Below, in pieces: positions 1-13,008 of a stretch of 64,000 nt of DNA (positions are counted from its first letter, which is position 1; every line of letters starts with the position of its first letter). The position numbers and the translations under genes were made by a program. The stretch covers positions 46,872,001-46,936,000 of the forward strand of contig NC_091999.1 in assembly GCF_044704955.1 (NCBI RefSeq), in the 5' to 3' direction. Source of the DNA: Pristiophorus japonicus. Lineage: Eukaryota. The notes beneath the pieces were generated by a model, which did no database searches, was not told the DNA's origin, and saw only the letters and a program-made list of their open reading frames with translations.

Positions 1-1690
1 TGCCTCCCTGGTGCAAGGGTCAAGGTTTGTCACTGAAAGTGTGCAGGACATTGTGAGGGAACCGGGGGGAGGGGGGTTAATAGCCAGAAGTCGTGGTCTA
101 TATTGTCAAAAATGACAAAGGTCGAAAGAGAGATGACGTCCTGCAGGCAGTTTTGAGGGAGCTGGGAAGGAGACTAAAAAACAGGACATCAAAAGTAGTA
201 ATCTCCAGATTACTCCCAGTACCACGTGCTAGTGAGTACAGGAATAGGAGGATCGAGCGGGTGAATATGTGGCTTGAGACGATGCAGGAGGGAAGACTTT
301 AAATTCTTGTGGTATTGCGACTGTTTCTGGGGGCTGTATGACCTGGACAAGCCAGTCGGGTTGCACCTGAACAAAGCTGGGACCTAGATCCTCTCCAAGC
401 TGGTGAGAGCCTCAGCTCGTTTGTGGGAAAAATTTTCGACGAAATGCTGATGGATAGGATAAATCTTCATTTGGGAAGACACGGATTAATCAAGGACAGT
501 CAGCATGGATTTGTTAAGGGAAAGTCGGGTCTGTCTACCGATTGACTCTCCTGTATAGCCACTCAAAAAATTTAATGAGGGCAGTGCATTTGATGTAGTG
601 TATATGAATTCTACCAACGATGTTGATAAAGTCCCACAAGGCAGACTGGTCACAAAAGTATAAGCAATTGGGATACAAGGCAAAGTGGCAAGTTGGATTC
701 AAAATTGGCTCAGAGTCAGGAAGCAAAGGTTAATGGTTGATGGGTGTTTTTGAGACTGGAAGGCTGTCTCCAGTAGCGAATCCATAGGGCTCACTACTAG
801 GTCCCTTTTTTATCAATAATTTGGACTTGAATCTACAGGGTATGATTAGGAAGTATGCAGATGACACACAAATTGGTCTTGTGGTTGATAATGAAGAAGA
901 AAGCTATAGACTGCAGGGAGATGTCAATGGACTGATCAGGTGGGCAGAATAGTAGCAAGTGGACTTCAATCCGCGGAAGTGTGTGGTCTTGCATTTGGGG
1001 AGGGCTAACAAGGCAAGGGAATACACAATGAATCGTAGGATACTGAGAAGTGTCGATGAATAAAGAGATCTAGGAGTGCATATCCACAGACCCATGAAGG
1101 TTTCAGGACAGGTAGACATTCTAAATATATTAAGTGGATAACTAGAGAAAGAATGGGGCCTATTAGCGACCACAAAGGAAATGTGTGTGTGGAAGCAGAA
1201 GAAGTGAATATAATTGTTAATAAATACCCTGCATTTGTTTTCACAAAAGAGAGGGGCGATGCAGATTTTGCAATGAGGGAGGAGTGTGAAATATTGGACG
1301 AGGTAAACATAGTTAGAGAAGAAGTATTAAGGGACTTAGCTGCTTTGAAAGTGGATAAATCCCCAGGCCCAGATGAAATGTATTTCAGGCTGTTAAGAGA
1401 AGCAAACGAGGAAATAGCAGAGGCTCTGACCATCATTTTCCAATCCACACTGGCTACAGGTGTGGTGCCAGTGGACTGGAGGACCTCTAATGTTTAACCT
1501 TTGTTTAAAAAGGGAGACAAGGATAGATCGATTTATTAAAGGCCTGTCAGCCTAACCTCAGTGGTGGGAATTTTTTTTGGAAAAATCCTGAATGACAGGA
1601 TAAATCTTCATTTGGAAAGACATGGATTAATCAGGAACAGTCCGCACGGATTTGTTAAGGGAAGGTCATGTCTGACTAACTTGATTGAAT
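1..1690 (+). mobile_element. Degraded CR1-clade LINE fragments (ORF1 esterase remnant followed by two overlapping RT pieces)
   Basis: 93-302 translates to an SGNH-esterase-like CR1 ORF1 C-terminus (LGRRLKNRTSKVVISRLLPVPRASEYRNRRI). 1153-1497 gives [57 protein letters not shown] occurs at ~1645-1690, and the same RT region is also seen at ~480-720. Multiple stops and frameshifts. Confidence 0.9.
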
Positions 1691-2955
1691 CTGTCCCTTC
1701 TTCCAGTTCATCCATGCATATTGTAAACAGTTCTGGTCCCAGCACCGATCCCTGTGGCACACCACTAACCACCGGTTTCCTACCCGACAAGGACCCATTT
1801 ATCCCGACTCTCTGCTTTCTGTTAGCCAGCCAATTCTCTATCCTTGCAAATACATTTCCTCTGAATCCACGTACCTTTATCTTCTGCCGTAACCTTTTGT
1901 GTGGCACCTTATCGAATGCCTTTTGGAAATCTAAATACACCACATTCATCGGTATATCTCTATCCACTATGCTCATTATATCCTCAAACAATTCAGTAAG
2001 TTAGTTAAACATGATTTCCCCTTCATGAATCCATGATGCGTCTGCTTTATTGCACTATTCCTATCGAGATGTCCCGCTATTTCTTCCTTAATGATAGCTT
2101 CAAGCATTTTCCCCACTACAGATGTTAAACTAACCGGCCTATAGTTACTTGCCTTTTGTCTGACCCCTTTGTTAAACAGAGGCGTTACATTTGCTGCTTT
2201 CCAATCCGCTGGTACCTCCCCAGAGTCCAGAGAATTTTGGTAGATTTTAACGAATGCATCTGCTATAACTTCCGCCATCTCTTTTAATACCCTGGGATGC
2301 ATTTCATCAGGACCAGGGGACTTGTCTACCTTGAGTCCCATTAGCCAATCCAGCACTACCCCCGTTGTGATAATGATTATCTCAAGGTCCTCCCTTCTCA
2401 CATTCCCGTGACCAGCAATTTCTGCAATGGTTTTTGTGTCTTCCACTGTGAAGACCGAAGCAAAATAATTGTTTAGGGACTCAGCCATTTCCACATTTCC
2501 CATTATTAAATCCGCCTTCTCATCTTCTGAGGGACCAACATTTACTTTAGTCACTCTTTTCCGTTTTATATATCGGTAAAAGCTTATACTATCTGTTTTT
2601 ATGTGTTGCGCAAATTGACTTTCGTCATCTATCTTTCCTTTCTCTTTTGCTCTCTTAATCATTCTTTGCTGTCGATTAAAATTTTCGCAATCTTCTAGTT
2701 TCCCGCTAACATTGGCCACCTTATACGCATTGGTTTTTAATTTGATACTCTCCTTTATTTCCTTGGTTATCCACGGCTGGTTATCCCTTCTCTTGCCGCC
2801 CTTCTTTTTCACTGGAAAATATTTTTGTTGAGCACTATGAAATAGCTCCTTAAAAGTCCTCCACTGTTCCTCAATTGTGCCACCGTTTAGTCAGCGTTTC
2901 CAGTCTACTTTAGACAACTCTGCCATCATCCCACTGTAGTCCCCTTTGTTTAAGC
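1691..2955 (-). mobile_element. CR1 LINE ORF2 (RT) fragment, inverted against the upstream copy
   Basis: Minus-strand ORFs 1976-2812 and 1608-1991: [62 protein letters not shown]. Nucleotide sequence closely matches 25950-26920. Confidence 0.93.
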
Positions 2956-2957
2956 GA

Positions 2958-3100
2958 CTGTAATATAAATAGAGACAGGGTCTCGTGTAATGAAAATAGG
3001 GACAGGGTCTCGTGTAATATAAACAGAGACAGGGTCTAGTGCAATGTAAGCAGGGACATGGTCTAATGTAATCTCAGCAGAGACAGGGTCTAGTGCAGTA
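2958..3100 (+). repeat. Short array of the 27-bp minisatellite
   Basis: About 5 copies of TGTAATATAAACAGAGACAGGGTCTAG. Confidence 0.85.
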
Positions 3101-3469
3101 ATCCATTTTAAATCTCCGGCTTGTGGTTACTGTCCGTCCTACCAGTGGCAAAGGTTTCTAACTATTTAATTGATTAAAACTCCTCATAATTTCGATCGCC
3201 ACTATTAAATCTGCCTTAACATTCTCGGATATAAGGAGCACCGTCCCAGTTTCCAGCCGTTCTACTGATGCACCTCATGAACATCCAGATGAGGAGTCGC
3301 TAAGATTTGATCCCATTTTACAACAGTGCCAGAATATCATCCCAGGCAAGATAAGAGTATTATCCGAGGGAATTAAACCGACTGTGTAAGACTCGTCTCA
3401 GGCTTTGAACTTTGGACACTCTGAACTAAATGACAACATCTAAAAAATTAAGCTGTGACGTGCTAAATC

Positions 3470-3902
3470 CCTGGTACAATGGGATCACTCTCACCTCTGA
3501 GTGAGAAGGCTGTGGGTTCACAACCCCTCTCCAGAGACTGAGCACATAATTTTGGCTGGCACTCCCGGTACCAGTACCGAAGGAGAAGGGGAGGGGGGCT
3601 ATATTGACGGTGGAGCAGTCTTTCGGATGAGACGTTACATCTGCTGAGTCTTCGCTTACAGTTGGATGTAAGAGATTGAATGGCACTATTTTAAATAGCA
3701 GGGGAGTTCACCCCGAAGTCCATTACACATATTTATCCATTAACCAGCATCGCTAAAGAACAGATTCTATGGTTATTATCACATTATGTTTGTGGGAGTT
3801 TGCTGTGTGCAATTTGACTCCACGTTTCCTACATTACAAAAGTGACTACACTTCAAACGTACTTCAATATAAAGCACTTTTGGACATTCTGAGGACATGA
3901 AA
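3470..3902 (+). mobile_element. Deu-core SINE (SacSINE1/AmnSINE1-like)
   Basis: Deu-domain-like core: GGCACTATTT..AGCAGGGGAGTT..CCCCG..ATATTTATCC..ATCACATT..TTTGTGGGAG..TGCTGTG..GTTTCCTACATTACAA..GTGACTACACTTCAAA. A tRNA-like B-box head (GTGGGTTCA) precedes it. Confidence 0.75.
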
Positions 3903-4739
3903 ATCGTGAAAGTTATTTCTAAAAGTCAACATTTAAAATACACGTTGCAATGGGTGAATCCTCTGGTCGCTGTGTTAACTTGTTTAGTTTAAGTGGCTGG
4001 AATCTTACGCTAAATGGACATTCAGTGAATTACTGATCTGTTCAGCGAGGTTCCATTGACTTTGGTAGCAGAATTTTCAGAATTGAATTATTAATTTTAA
4101 TATGTTCCCTTTGATATAAATCATATCTCTTCTAATTGAACAAACCAAAAACCGATGTCACAGCTGGAGATATTTCCATTTCTTTGTACCAACTACCAAT
4201 ATTCATAAAATAAACCTGTGCTGTGAGTTAAAACTAATCAGTAAATTACTTTGTGCATCTGCTTTTGCTGCCATGAACACTTCATGGAAACCTGTGAGGT
4301 GTTTCTGTAAATAAACGCAGAAATAGAAGTCCCAGATTAGAATAGTGAACGACAGAATAGAAATAAACAGAGAAAGAAACGCTAATGTCTCAACGGATTC
4401 CAGCAACAATTGATGTTTGGGATATTTTTTTTCAGTTATTGGTGAACAAATCAACGATGTTATCCGCGGCCAGAATGGGGAAAGATTCTAGTCACCATAC
4501 ATAGTCACAGCTCAAATGTATTCGTGGCAATTCTCTGCATCCCCTCCCTCTCTGCCTCTCTCTAATATCCCCACCTTTTGCCTTGCCTCTAAAGAATGCG
4601 TCATTATTTTACCTCACAATAAGAAGTCAATGTCTAACAAAAATGTTCTCTAAGGTCTATTTCCAGGCCTCACACCAAATTGGTATGTGTGCGGAATGGC
4701 AGCTTTATAATAAAATATGTCGTGTGAACTCAATGATCT

Positions 4740-5230
4740 TGGGTGTTTGATGTGACTCTGTAGCGGGAACTTTACTCTGCATCTAACTACGTGCTGTACC
4801 TGCCCTGCGAGTGTTTAATGGGACGGTTTCGAGAGAGCTTTGCTCTGCATAGATCAGTGATGTACCTGCTCTGGAAGAGTTTGATGGGACGGTATAGAGG
4901 GGGCTTTACTCTATAGCTTACCCGTGCTGTACCTGCCCTGGCAGTCTTTGCTGGGACAGTGTTTTGGGAGCTTTACTCTGCATAGACCAGAGCTGTACCT
5001 GCCCTGGGAGAGTTTGATGGGACGGTGTTGAGCAAGATTTACTCTCTATCTAAACCGTGCTGTACCTGCACTTGGAGAGTTTGATGTTACGGTGTAGAGG
5101 GAGCTTTATTGTTTTTCGAATCGTGCTGTACCTGAGCTGGGAGTGTTTGACGGGACAGCATCGAGGGAGCTTTTCTTTGCATAGACCCGCGCTGTCCCTG
5201 CCCTGGGAATGTTTGAATGGACAGTGTGAC
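4740..5230 (+). repeat. ~67-bp tandem repeat (about 7 copies)
   Basis: Unit approx. GGGAGCTTTACTCTGCATCTAACCCGTGCTGTACCTGCCCTGGGAGTGTTTGATGGGACAGTGTAGA. Degenerate relatives at ~17400-17920. Confidence 0.85.
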
Positions 5231-5449
5231 ATCACTATCGCAGAAAATTGTTTTTGTCAGTGCAACTTCCTGTATATTGCATTTCGTGTTTACCTGTTTG
5301 ACATCATCACGTCAGCAACACGTAAACAATGGGTGACGTCATTGTTTACAACAAAGCAGCGTCATCAACGTGATTTGGTCGCCATTGCTACATCAGTGCG
5401 ACGTCTGACCCTCAGCCAAATGGATTGCTCGATTTGACCTATATATACA

Positions 5450-6350
5450 CCAGGGTCTAGTGCAGTAATAACCGAGACACGTCCAAGTGTAACATAGACA
5501 GAGAGAGGATATAGTGTAATATCTACAATGACAGGGACCAGTGTAAAAAAAAAAGACACAGCGTCTAGTGTAATATAAACAGAGACAGGGTTTGTGTAAT
5601 ATAAACAGAGACAGTGTCTAGTGTAATATAGAAAATAAAGGGTATCGTGCAATATAAACAGAGACAATGTCGAGTGTAATATAAAAAATACATTTTCTAG
5701 TGTAATATAAACAGAGACAGTGTCTAGTGTAATATAAACAGAGACAGTGTCTAGTGTAATATAAACAGAGACAGTGTCTAGTGTAATGTAAAAAATACAG
5801 TGTCTAGTATAATATAAACAGAGACAGGGTCTAGTGTAATATAAATAGAGACAGGGTCGAGTGTAATATAAATAGAGACAGGGTCTAGTGTAATATAACC
5901 AGAGACAGGACCAATCTATTATAAAGAGACAGGGGATAGTATAATATAAATAGTGACAGAGTCCAACATAATATAACAACGGATAAAGTGCTCTAATACT
6001 AACTAATACATGAACTATTGTAGTAGAAACATTGACATTTTCTAGTGCAATATAAACTGAGACATGTCGAGTGTAATATAAAGCGAGACAGGAACTAGTG
6101 AAATATTGACAGAAACGTGGTGTACGGTCATATAAACAGTGACAGCGTCTAGTTCAGTAGTAACTGAGAATGGGTCTAATGTATTATAACGGAGGGTCCA
6201 GTACTGTGATAACTGATACAGAGCCGAGCATAATATAAACAGAGACAGGGTCTAGTGCAGTAATAACTGAGACAGGGCCTTGTGCAATCCGAAAAGAGAG
6301 ATGTAGTTATAATTAAACAGGGTCCAGAGTAATTTAAACATATAGAATGT
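5450..6350 (+). repeat. 27-bp minisatellite, array A
   Basis: Tandem AGTGTAATATAAACAGAGACAG(G/T)GTCT units, most homogeneous at 5570-5900. Confidence 0.92.
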
Positions 6351-6498
6351 CTGGAATAATTTGATAATAACATTCCAGCCATGCGAATCTTCATGTGGTC
6401 TGACTGTCTATCTGTCTGTCGTTCGGTCGGTCGGTCCATTCGTCTGTCCGTCCGTCCGTCGATTCGTACTTCTATCCATCTATCTGTACTTCTATCTA

Positions 6499-8505
6499 AT
6501 ATTACACTAGAACCTGTCTCTCTTAAGATCCTGTTCCTGTTAATATTACCCGAGACCCTGTCTCTGTTTATATTACCCGTGTCCCTGTCTCTGTTTATAT
6601 TGTACTAGACCCTGTCTCTGTTTATATTACACTAGACTCTGTCCCAGTTTTTATTATACTGGACACTGTCTCTGTTTATATTAGTCAAGACTCTGTCCCT
6701 GTTTATATTATAATGGATCCTGTCGGTTTTTATATTATACTGGACCCTGTCCCAGTTTATATCGCACTAGACCCTGTTTCTGTTTATATTAAGTAGACTC
6801 TGTTTCTGTTTTTATTACACTGGACCCTGTCTCTGTTTATATTACACTAGACCCTGTACCAGTTTATATTACACTAGACCCTGTCTCTGTTTATATTACA
6901 CTAGACCCTGCCTCTGTTTACATTACATTAGACCCACTCCCAGTTCATATTATACCAGAGACTGTCTCTGTTTATATTAGTCTAGACCCTGTCTCTGTTT
7001 ATATTCTACTAGACCCTGTCTCTGTTTATATTACACTGGACCCTGTTTCTGTTTATATTAAACTAGACCCTGTCTCTGCTTATTTTACATTAGACCCTGT
7101 CTCTGTTTATATTCTTCCAGACACTATCGCTGTTTATATTACACTAGACTCTGTCTCTGTTTATATTACACTAGAACCTGTCTCTGTTTATATTGTACTA
7201 GACGCTGTCTCTGTTTATATTAAACTAGACCCTGCCTCTGTTTACATTACACTAGACCCTCTTCCAGTTCATATTATACTGGACCCTGTCCCTGTTTATA
7301 TTAAACTAGATCCTGTCTCTGTTTATTTTACACTGGACCCTGTCTCTCTTCATATTACATTAGACCCTGTGTCCTTTTATATTAAACACGACCCTGTCTC
7401 TGTTTATATTACACTAGACCCTGTCTCTGTCTATATTCTTCTTAACACTATCCCTGTTTATATTGGACTCGACCCTGTCTCTGTTTATATTGAACTAGAC
7501 CCTGTCTCTGTTTTTATTGCACTAGACCCTGTCTCTGTTTATATTACACCAGACACTGCCTCTGTTTATATTCGTTCTGACACTATCCCTGTTTATATTA
7601 CACTAGACCCTGTCTCTGTTTGTATTACACTAGACCCTGTCCCTGTTTATATTACACTAGACCCTGTCTTTGTTTATATTCTTCCAGACACTATCCCTGT
7701 TTATTTTGGACTCGACCCTGTCTCTGTTTATATTAAACTAGACCCTGTCTCTGTTTATATTACACTAGACCATGTTTCTGTTTATATTCTTTCTGACACT
7801 ATCCCTGTTTATATTACACTATACCCTGTCTCTGTTTGTATTACACTAGACCCTGTCTCTGTTTATATTACACTAGACCATGTCTCTGTTTATAATACAC
7901 CAGACACTGCCTCTGTTTATATTCTTTCTGACACTATCCCTGTTTATATTACACTGGGCCCTGTCTCTGTTTGTATTACACTAGACCCTGTCACTGTTTA
8001 TATTACACTAGACCCTGTCTCTGTTTTTATTCGTCCAGACACTATCCCTGTTTATATTACACTAGACCCTGTCTCTGTTTATAATACACTAGACCCTGTC
8101 TCTGTTTATATTAAAATAGACCCTGTCTCTGTTTATATTACACTAGACCATGTCTCTGTTTATATTCTTTCTGACACTATCCCTGTTTTTATTACACTAG
8201 ACCCTGTCTCTGTTTGTATTACACTAGACCCTGTCTCTGTTTATATTACACTAGACCATGTCTCTGTTTATATTACACCAGACACTATCTTTGTTTATAT
8301 TCTTTCTGACACTATCTCTGTTTATATTACACTAGACCCTGTCTTCCCTGTCTTTTTTTGTATTACACTAGACCCTGTCTCTGTTTATATGCCAGTAGAC
8401 ACTGTCTCAGTTTATATCACACGAGACCCTGTCTCTTTTTATAATACGCCAGGCATTGTCACTGTTTATATTATCCTCGACACTGTCTCTCTTTGTATTA
8501 CCCAG
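6499..8505 (-). repeat. 27-bp minisatellite, array B (reverse complement of array A)
   Basis: About 74 tandem TATTACACTAGACCCTGTCTCTGTTTA units; translate as 9-aa repeats DPVSVYITL. Confidence 0.95.
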
Positions 8506-8519
8506 ATCATCTTTCCTTT

Positions 8520-10750
8520 TCAAATAGATATTGATTTCCCTATTTGAAAGTTATAATTACATTTGCTGCCATCACCCTTTCAGACACTGCATTCCAGGTT
8601 ATTACTACTCGCTGCATAAAAAATCTCCTTATCTCCCGTCTGGATTTATTTTTTCATTCATCTTAATCTTTGTGTTCTGGTTACCGATAGACCTACCGAT
8701 AGAATCCCCACCTTACTATTAACTCAATGAAACCCCTTCACAATTTTGAAAACATCTGTTAATTCTCCCCTAAGCATACCCTGCTATAATAAGAATAAAC
8801 CCATCCTCTCTCGTCTCCACAAAACTGAACTCCCTCATGCCTTCCACCAATCTCCTCTGCATCCTCGACAAGAGCCCGACAATCTTTTTAAAATGTGGAT
8901 TGAAAAAAATGCAATCTTTATTTGTCCTTCAGATTATTTCTAAGGATACATGCTCCCTTCAAATTTGACTGACTGAGAAGCATTAATTATATTGTTTTAC
9001 TTGTTTTGACAAAACGGACGGTGACTGAAATGCTCAGCAACATCTGTCTCCACATGACTCATGTATCAATATGATCTCTGTCGCCACCTGCTGATAAACG
9101 ACATCTACTGCAAGCTCCAGAGCTTACTTTAAACATGATTCATAACACCCACTACAATAACTTGCTTGAACGTTTACCCAGAGGATTTTTTTAGAACAAA
9201 CCACAAGAGGTGCAGATGATCAGGAAGTATCAAGGGCGGAATTAGCAAAATTATTATTGCAAATTCACCTTCAGCTCATCATACAGAGCCGTCAGATTAG
9301 ATAAACATCCATAATGAATAAAAACCTCACAGGAAAAATGGTCCAACCGTGGCTAACAAAGGAAGTTAAAGATAGTAATAGATGAAATTAACAGCCATGG
9401 AATGTTGACAAAAAGAGTAATAAGCCCAAAAATTGGGAAGATTTTGGAATTCTGCAAAAGATGCACATGCAACTGATAATATGGGAGAAAATATAAAATG
9501 AAATAAGCTATCAATAATCTACAAACAGATTGTTCGAGCTTCTACACGTGTATAGAAAGATGACTTAAATTAGCGTACTTTACAATACAAAGGTAGGTGG
9601 GACAGTAAACAGTGAGGAAGTAGTAAGGAGGCTGCAAAGGGATATTGACAGGTTAAGTGAGTGGGCATGAACATGGCAGATTGAGTATAATGTGGAGAAG
9701 TGTGAAGTTACGCACTTTGGTAGGACAAATAGAGACGCATAATAATTTTTGAATGCAGAGAAACTGGGTAATATTGTTATTCAGAAAGACCTGGATGGCC
9801 TTGTACACGAATCACAGAAAGCTAACATGGAGCCAAAGTGAGCAATTAGGAAAGCAAATGGTAAGCAACATTTTATTGCAAAGGGATTGGAGTATTAGAA
9901 AAAAGAAACCTTCATGCACTTATATGGGGCTCTGCTGAGACTACACCTGGTGTATCGTGCACAGTTTTCTTCTCCTTATCTAAGGAAGGATACACTTGCC
10001 TTGGAGGGAGTGCATCTAAGGTTCATCAGACTGATCTGATTCCTGGGACGGCGGCGGGGGTGGGGGGATGTTCTATCAGGAGAGATTGAGTATCTAATGT
10101 CCATATTTCCTCGGAAATCACAACATAAGAACATAGGAATTGGGAGCAGGAGTAGGCCATATGGTTCAGCGAGCCTGTTCCGTCATTCAACGGGATCATG
10201 GCTGCTCTTCTACCTCAACTCCCCTTCCCTGCACTATCCATATATCTGAATGGAAACATATGCAGGGCTTCAGGGAAATGGCGGGGGATTGGTCAATTAT
10301 ACAAAGTACGACAAGTGTGGTCTAACCAAGTTTAGCATAACTATTGCACTTTTCAATTCTATCCCTCTAGAAATAAACCCGAGTGTAAGTGTTCTTCTTT
10401 TTATAGCTTATTAACCTGCGTCGCTACCTTTAGTGATGTGCGTAATTGCATTCTCAGAGACCTGTGTTCCTCCATCCCGCATAGGTTCTTATTTTAAACG
10501 TGATGAGTGACCTCCTTATTTGTCTTACCAAACTGTAATAACTCATACTTGTCTGTGCTGAAATGAATTAGTCAATTCATGTATTCTTTTAATTAGTTGC
10601 AGTGTTCCACAGTATTTACACGCCGACCCGCCCGCCCCAAGTGCATTGGTAAAATTTAGAAATTGTGTGTTTGACTCCAAAATCTAAATTGTTAATATAA
10701 GTTGTGAACAATAGTGGACCCATCACTGATCTTTGTGGGATCCCTCTTTC
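8520..10750. mobile_element. Patchwork of old CR1 fragments in both orientations
   Basis: RT C-terminal remnants (RLQRDIDRLSEWA..WQIEYNVEKCEV.HFGR at ~9630-9725; LRLHLVYRAQFSSPYLRKD at ~9935-9990). A minus-strand 3' tail ATAAGAACATAGGAA lies at ~10125. Confidence 0.75.
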
Positions 10751-11123
10751 NNNNNNNNNNNNNNNNNNNNNNNNNNNNNNNNNNNNNNNNNNNNNNNNNN
10801 NNNNNNNNNNNNNNNNNNNNNNNNNNNNNNNNNNNNNNNNNNNNNNNNNNNNNNNNNNNNNNNNNNNNNNNNNNNNNNNNNNNNNNNNNNNNNNNNNNNN
10901 NNNNNNNNNNNNNNNNNNNNNNNNNNNNNNNNNNNNNNNNNNNNNNNNNNNNNNNNNNNNNNNNNNNNNNNNNNNNNNNNNNNNNNNNNNNNNNNNNNNN
11001 NNNNNNNNNNNNNNNNNNNNNNNNNNNNNNNNNNNNNNNNNNNNNNNNNNNNNNNNNNNNNNNNNNNNNNNNNNNNNNNNNNNNNNNNNNNNNNNNNNNN
11101 NNNNNNNNNNNNNNNNNNNNNNN
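10751..11123. other. Assembly gap (N run)
   Basis: Run of N. Confidence 1.
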
Positions 11124-12654
11124 ACTGAGACTCCAGCTGACTGCTGCTACTGACATGGTGTCTGAGACTTTGGATATATTTCCTTTCCTGCAATATGTGA
11201 ACAGTTACACACATTTACACAACGAAAACATTTAACTTAACACCAGTTCTGTTATTGGGTAGATGTGTATATAAATAGGTCTTTTGACAATGTGAATGTT
11301 TTGAAGTTGGCTTCCAGGCATGCGGTCAGTAGTGAGAAAACTGACCTTTGATGGAGTGCACAGAACCCCAGATGCTTTCTGAAAATGACACTGGTGTTCG
11401 ATGCTCGCTGACGGCAGTCGGTTGGGTTACTGCCAAATATTGTGCGGGTCAGATTAGCGTGAACAAGAATGAGAGAAAGATGGTATTTAACTATTTAAAT
11501 ATTACATTATTCAGTCGAACTTTTAAAATAAGAAACATTTTACATAGTATAACATCTCAAGAATGATTTTACGTAAATTGCATGCTCACAATATTACAAA
11601 ACAGGATCGGAAAATAATGAATTGATCCACACGGTACCTAATGAAAACTATTTCCAAATAAAGACCATTCTAAATCTTTCAGTCGATTTATTCAGTACAG
11701 CATGAAATGCTGGAGAGAGGTTTAATGTCCTCACCCCACACTGTAATGAGATGAGTGGGATTCGGAAATTAACTAAAACAGGTTGAATTGCCTTGAATTA
11801 TTCTCACAGAGAAGTGCCAGCTGCACTTCTTTAATATTCTCACAGAATTTTGCGCCTGGTCTAAACTAATGTCTCCATTATTCGTGATTAGTAGCCGCGC
11901 AGTGTGTGGTGTAATTTGAAATGATTTGGATCCCTGAACAAGCCCTGTCATAGCCCGGCTACCAGTGGGTGGTGAAAGGCCCCAGATTGTGATCTGTTTC
12001 TGCTGGAGATGAAGCATTTATTCCTGTGATATTCTGCAACATATCACTATGTCCTGATACACCGTGTTCCTGTTACCCGTGTCTGTTACACATTCGGTCG
12101 CTATTAAAGTTAGCTGCAAGGCTTTGGATGTCGAGGTTTGCTGATCACATTATCGATTCTGATTCACCAGCTTCTCTCATAAAACGCTGGTCTGAAGCGG
12201 GCGGGCCCCACTTTCTTATGTGTCTTCGTCAACTCACTCCTTAATCATCAGACAAGCGGACTTATTTTACAGCTAAATTTACAAACGGCTGTCTTAGAGT
12301 CACAGACTCAGGGGCAGTTAGTGAAATGCAGTGAGAGACAATTTTATAATGTGAGGAATATGATCTCATCTCCAGAACAAAAGTGTAGCTTCAGCCAAGT
12401 ACACTGTAAATAGAATCACATTACCCATCTACCGCACTCGGTTACATAGAGTGATATCAATTCAGATTATAGGGGATACTTTATTGGTACAGTTGCATGG
12501 ATAGATAGCGGGAGATGTAAAAGCACAAACTGGCAGTGTCTTTAGATCCTGATTAGGTAATTCATTCTCAAAGATTTACATCCCCTGTGAAAGAGTGAGG
12601 AATAAACGGATTTAATTTACAGTCCAGATGTGAGTCCATTCTGTTGGTGATGTG

Positions 12655-12745
12655 GAAGGAGTGACGTGGATCCAGAAAACGCTTCTATCAGGGAATCAAT
12701 GGGTGGCGCCTTTCAACTCGCCCCCATCACCCGGGTATTTAGCTG
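12655..12745 (+). promoter_or_regulatory. Putative VH promoter (CRE/decamer-like AGTGACGTGG and TATA-like TATTTA; no octamer seen)
   Basis: AGTGACGTGG at 12660-12669 and TATTTA at 12736-12741, ~90 bp upstream of the leader ATG. Shark VH promoters are known to lack the invariant mammalian octamer and to carry a TCR-like CRE decamer. Confidence 0.5.
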
Positions 12746-12828
12746 CCGGCCACTGGGAGCGCAATACAACAGTCTGGGAGTGGGTTTGCTCAGTGAGTTC
12801 TTGCCGGAACCAGTCACCACACATTGCC

Positions 12829-12880
12829 ATGAGGATGAGGTCGGCGATTGCTTTCGTTCTGTTGCTGGCTTTACTTTCCC
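12829..12880 (+). pseudogene. IGHV: IgH V leader exon (MRMRSAIAFVLLLALLS, phase-1 donor)
   Basis: Hydrophobic signal peptide; 52 nt ending TCC C|GTGTGT. Splices to TTTTACAG|GT GTC CAG TCG at 13009 to give ..LSRVQS-DVVLTQ. Confidence 0.9.
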
Positions 12881-13008
12881 GTGTGTAGATTTTATTGTCC
12901 AATTCTCTCATTGTTACTGTCTCAGTGAAAGTCTCTCTCTGGAATTTTACAGAGTCAGGAATCATTTCTCGAGGATTGATCCTCAGGGTATTTTGATTAT
13001 TTTTACAG

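Noticed and set aside
6499-8505. CRISPR-like regular repeats
   Set aside because: Tandem units without unique spacers, in vertebrate DNA with no cas genes.
7369-8547. 392-aa ORF of DPVSVYITL repeats (and 5365-5979 on the minus strand)
   Set aside because: An artefact of a 27-bp (multiple of 3) minisatellite with a stop-free frame; GTG start and no gene context.
10692-11235. Poly-X ORFs
   Set aside because: They span the N gap.
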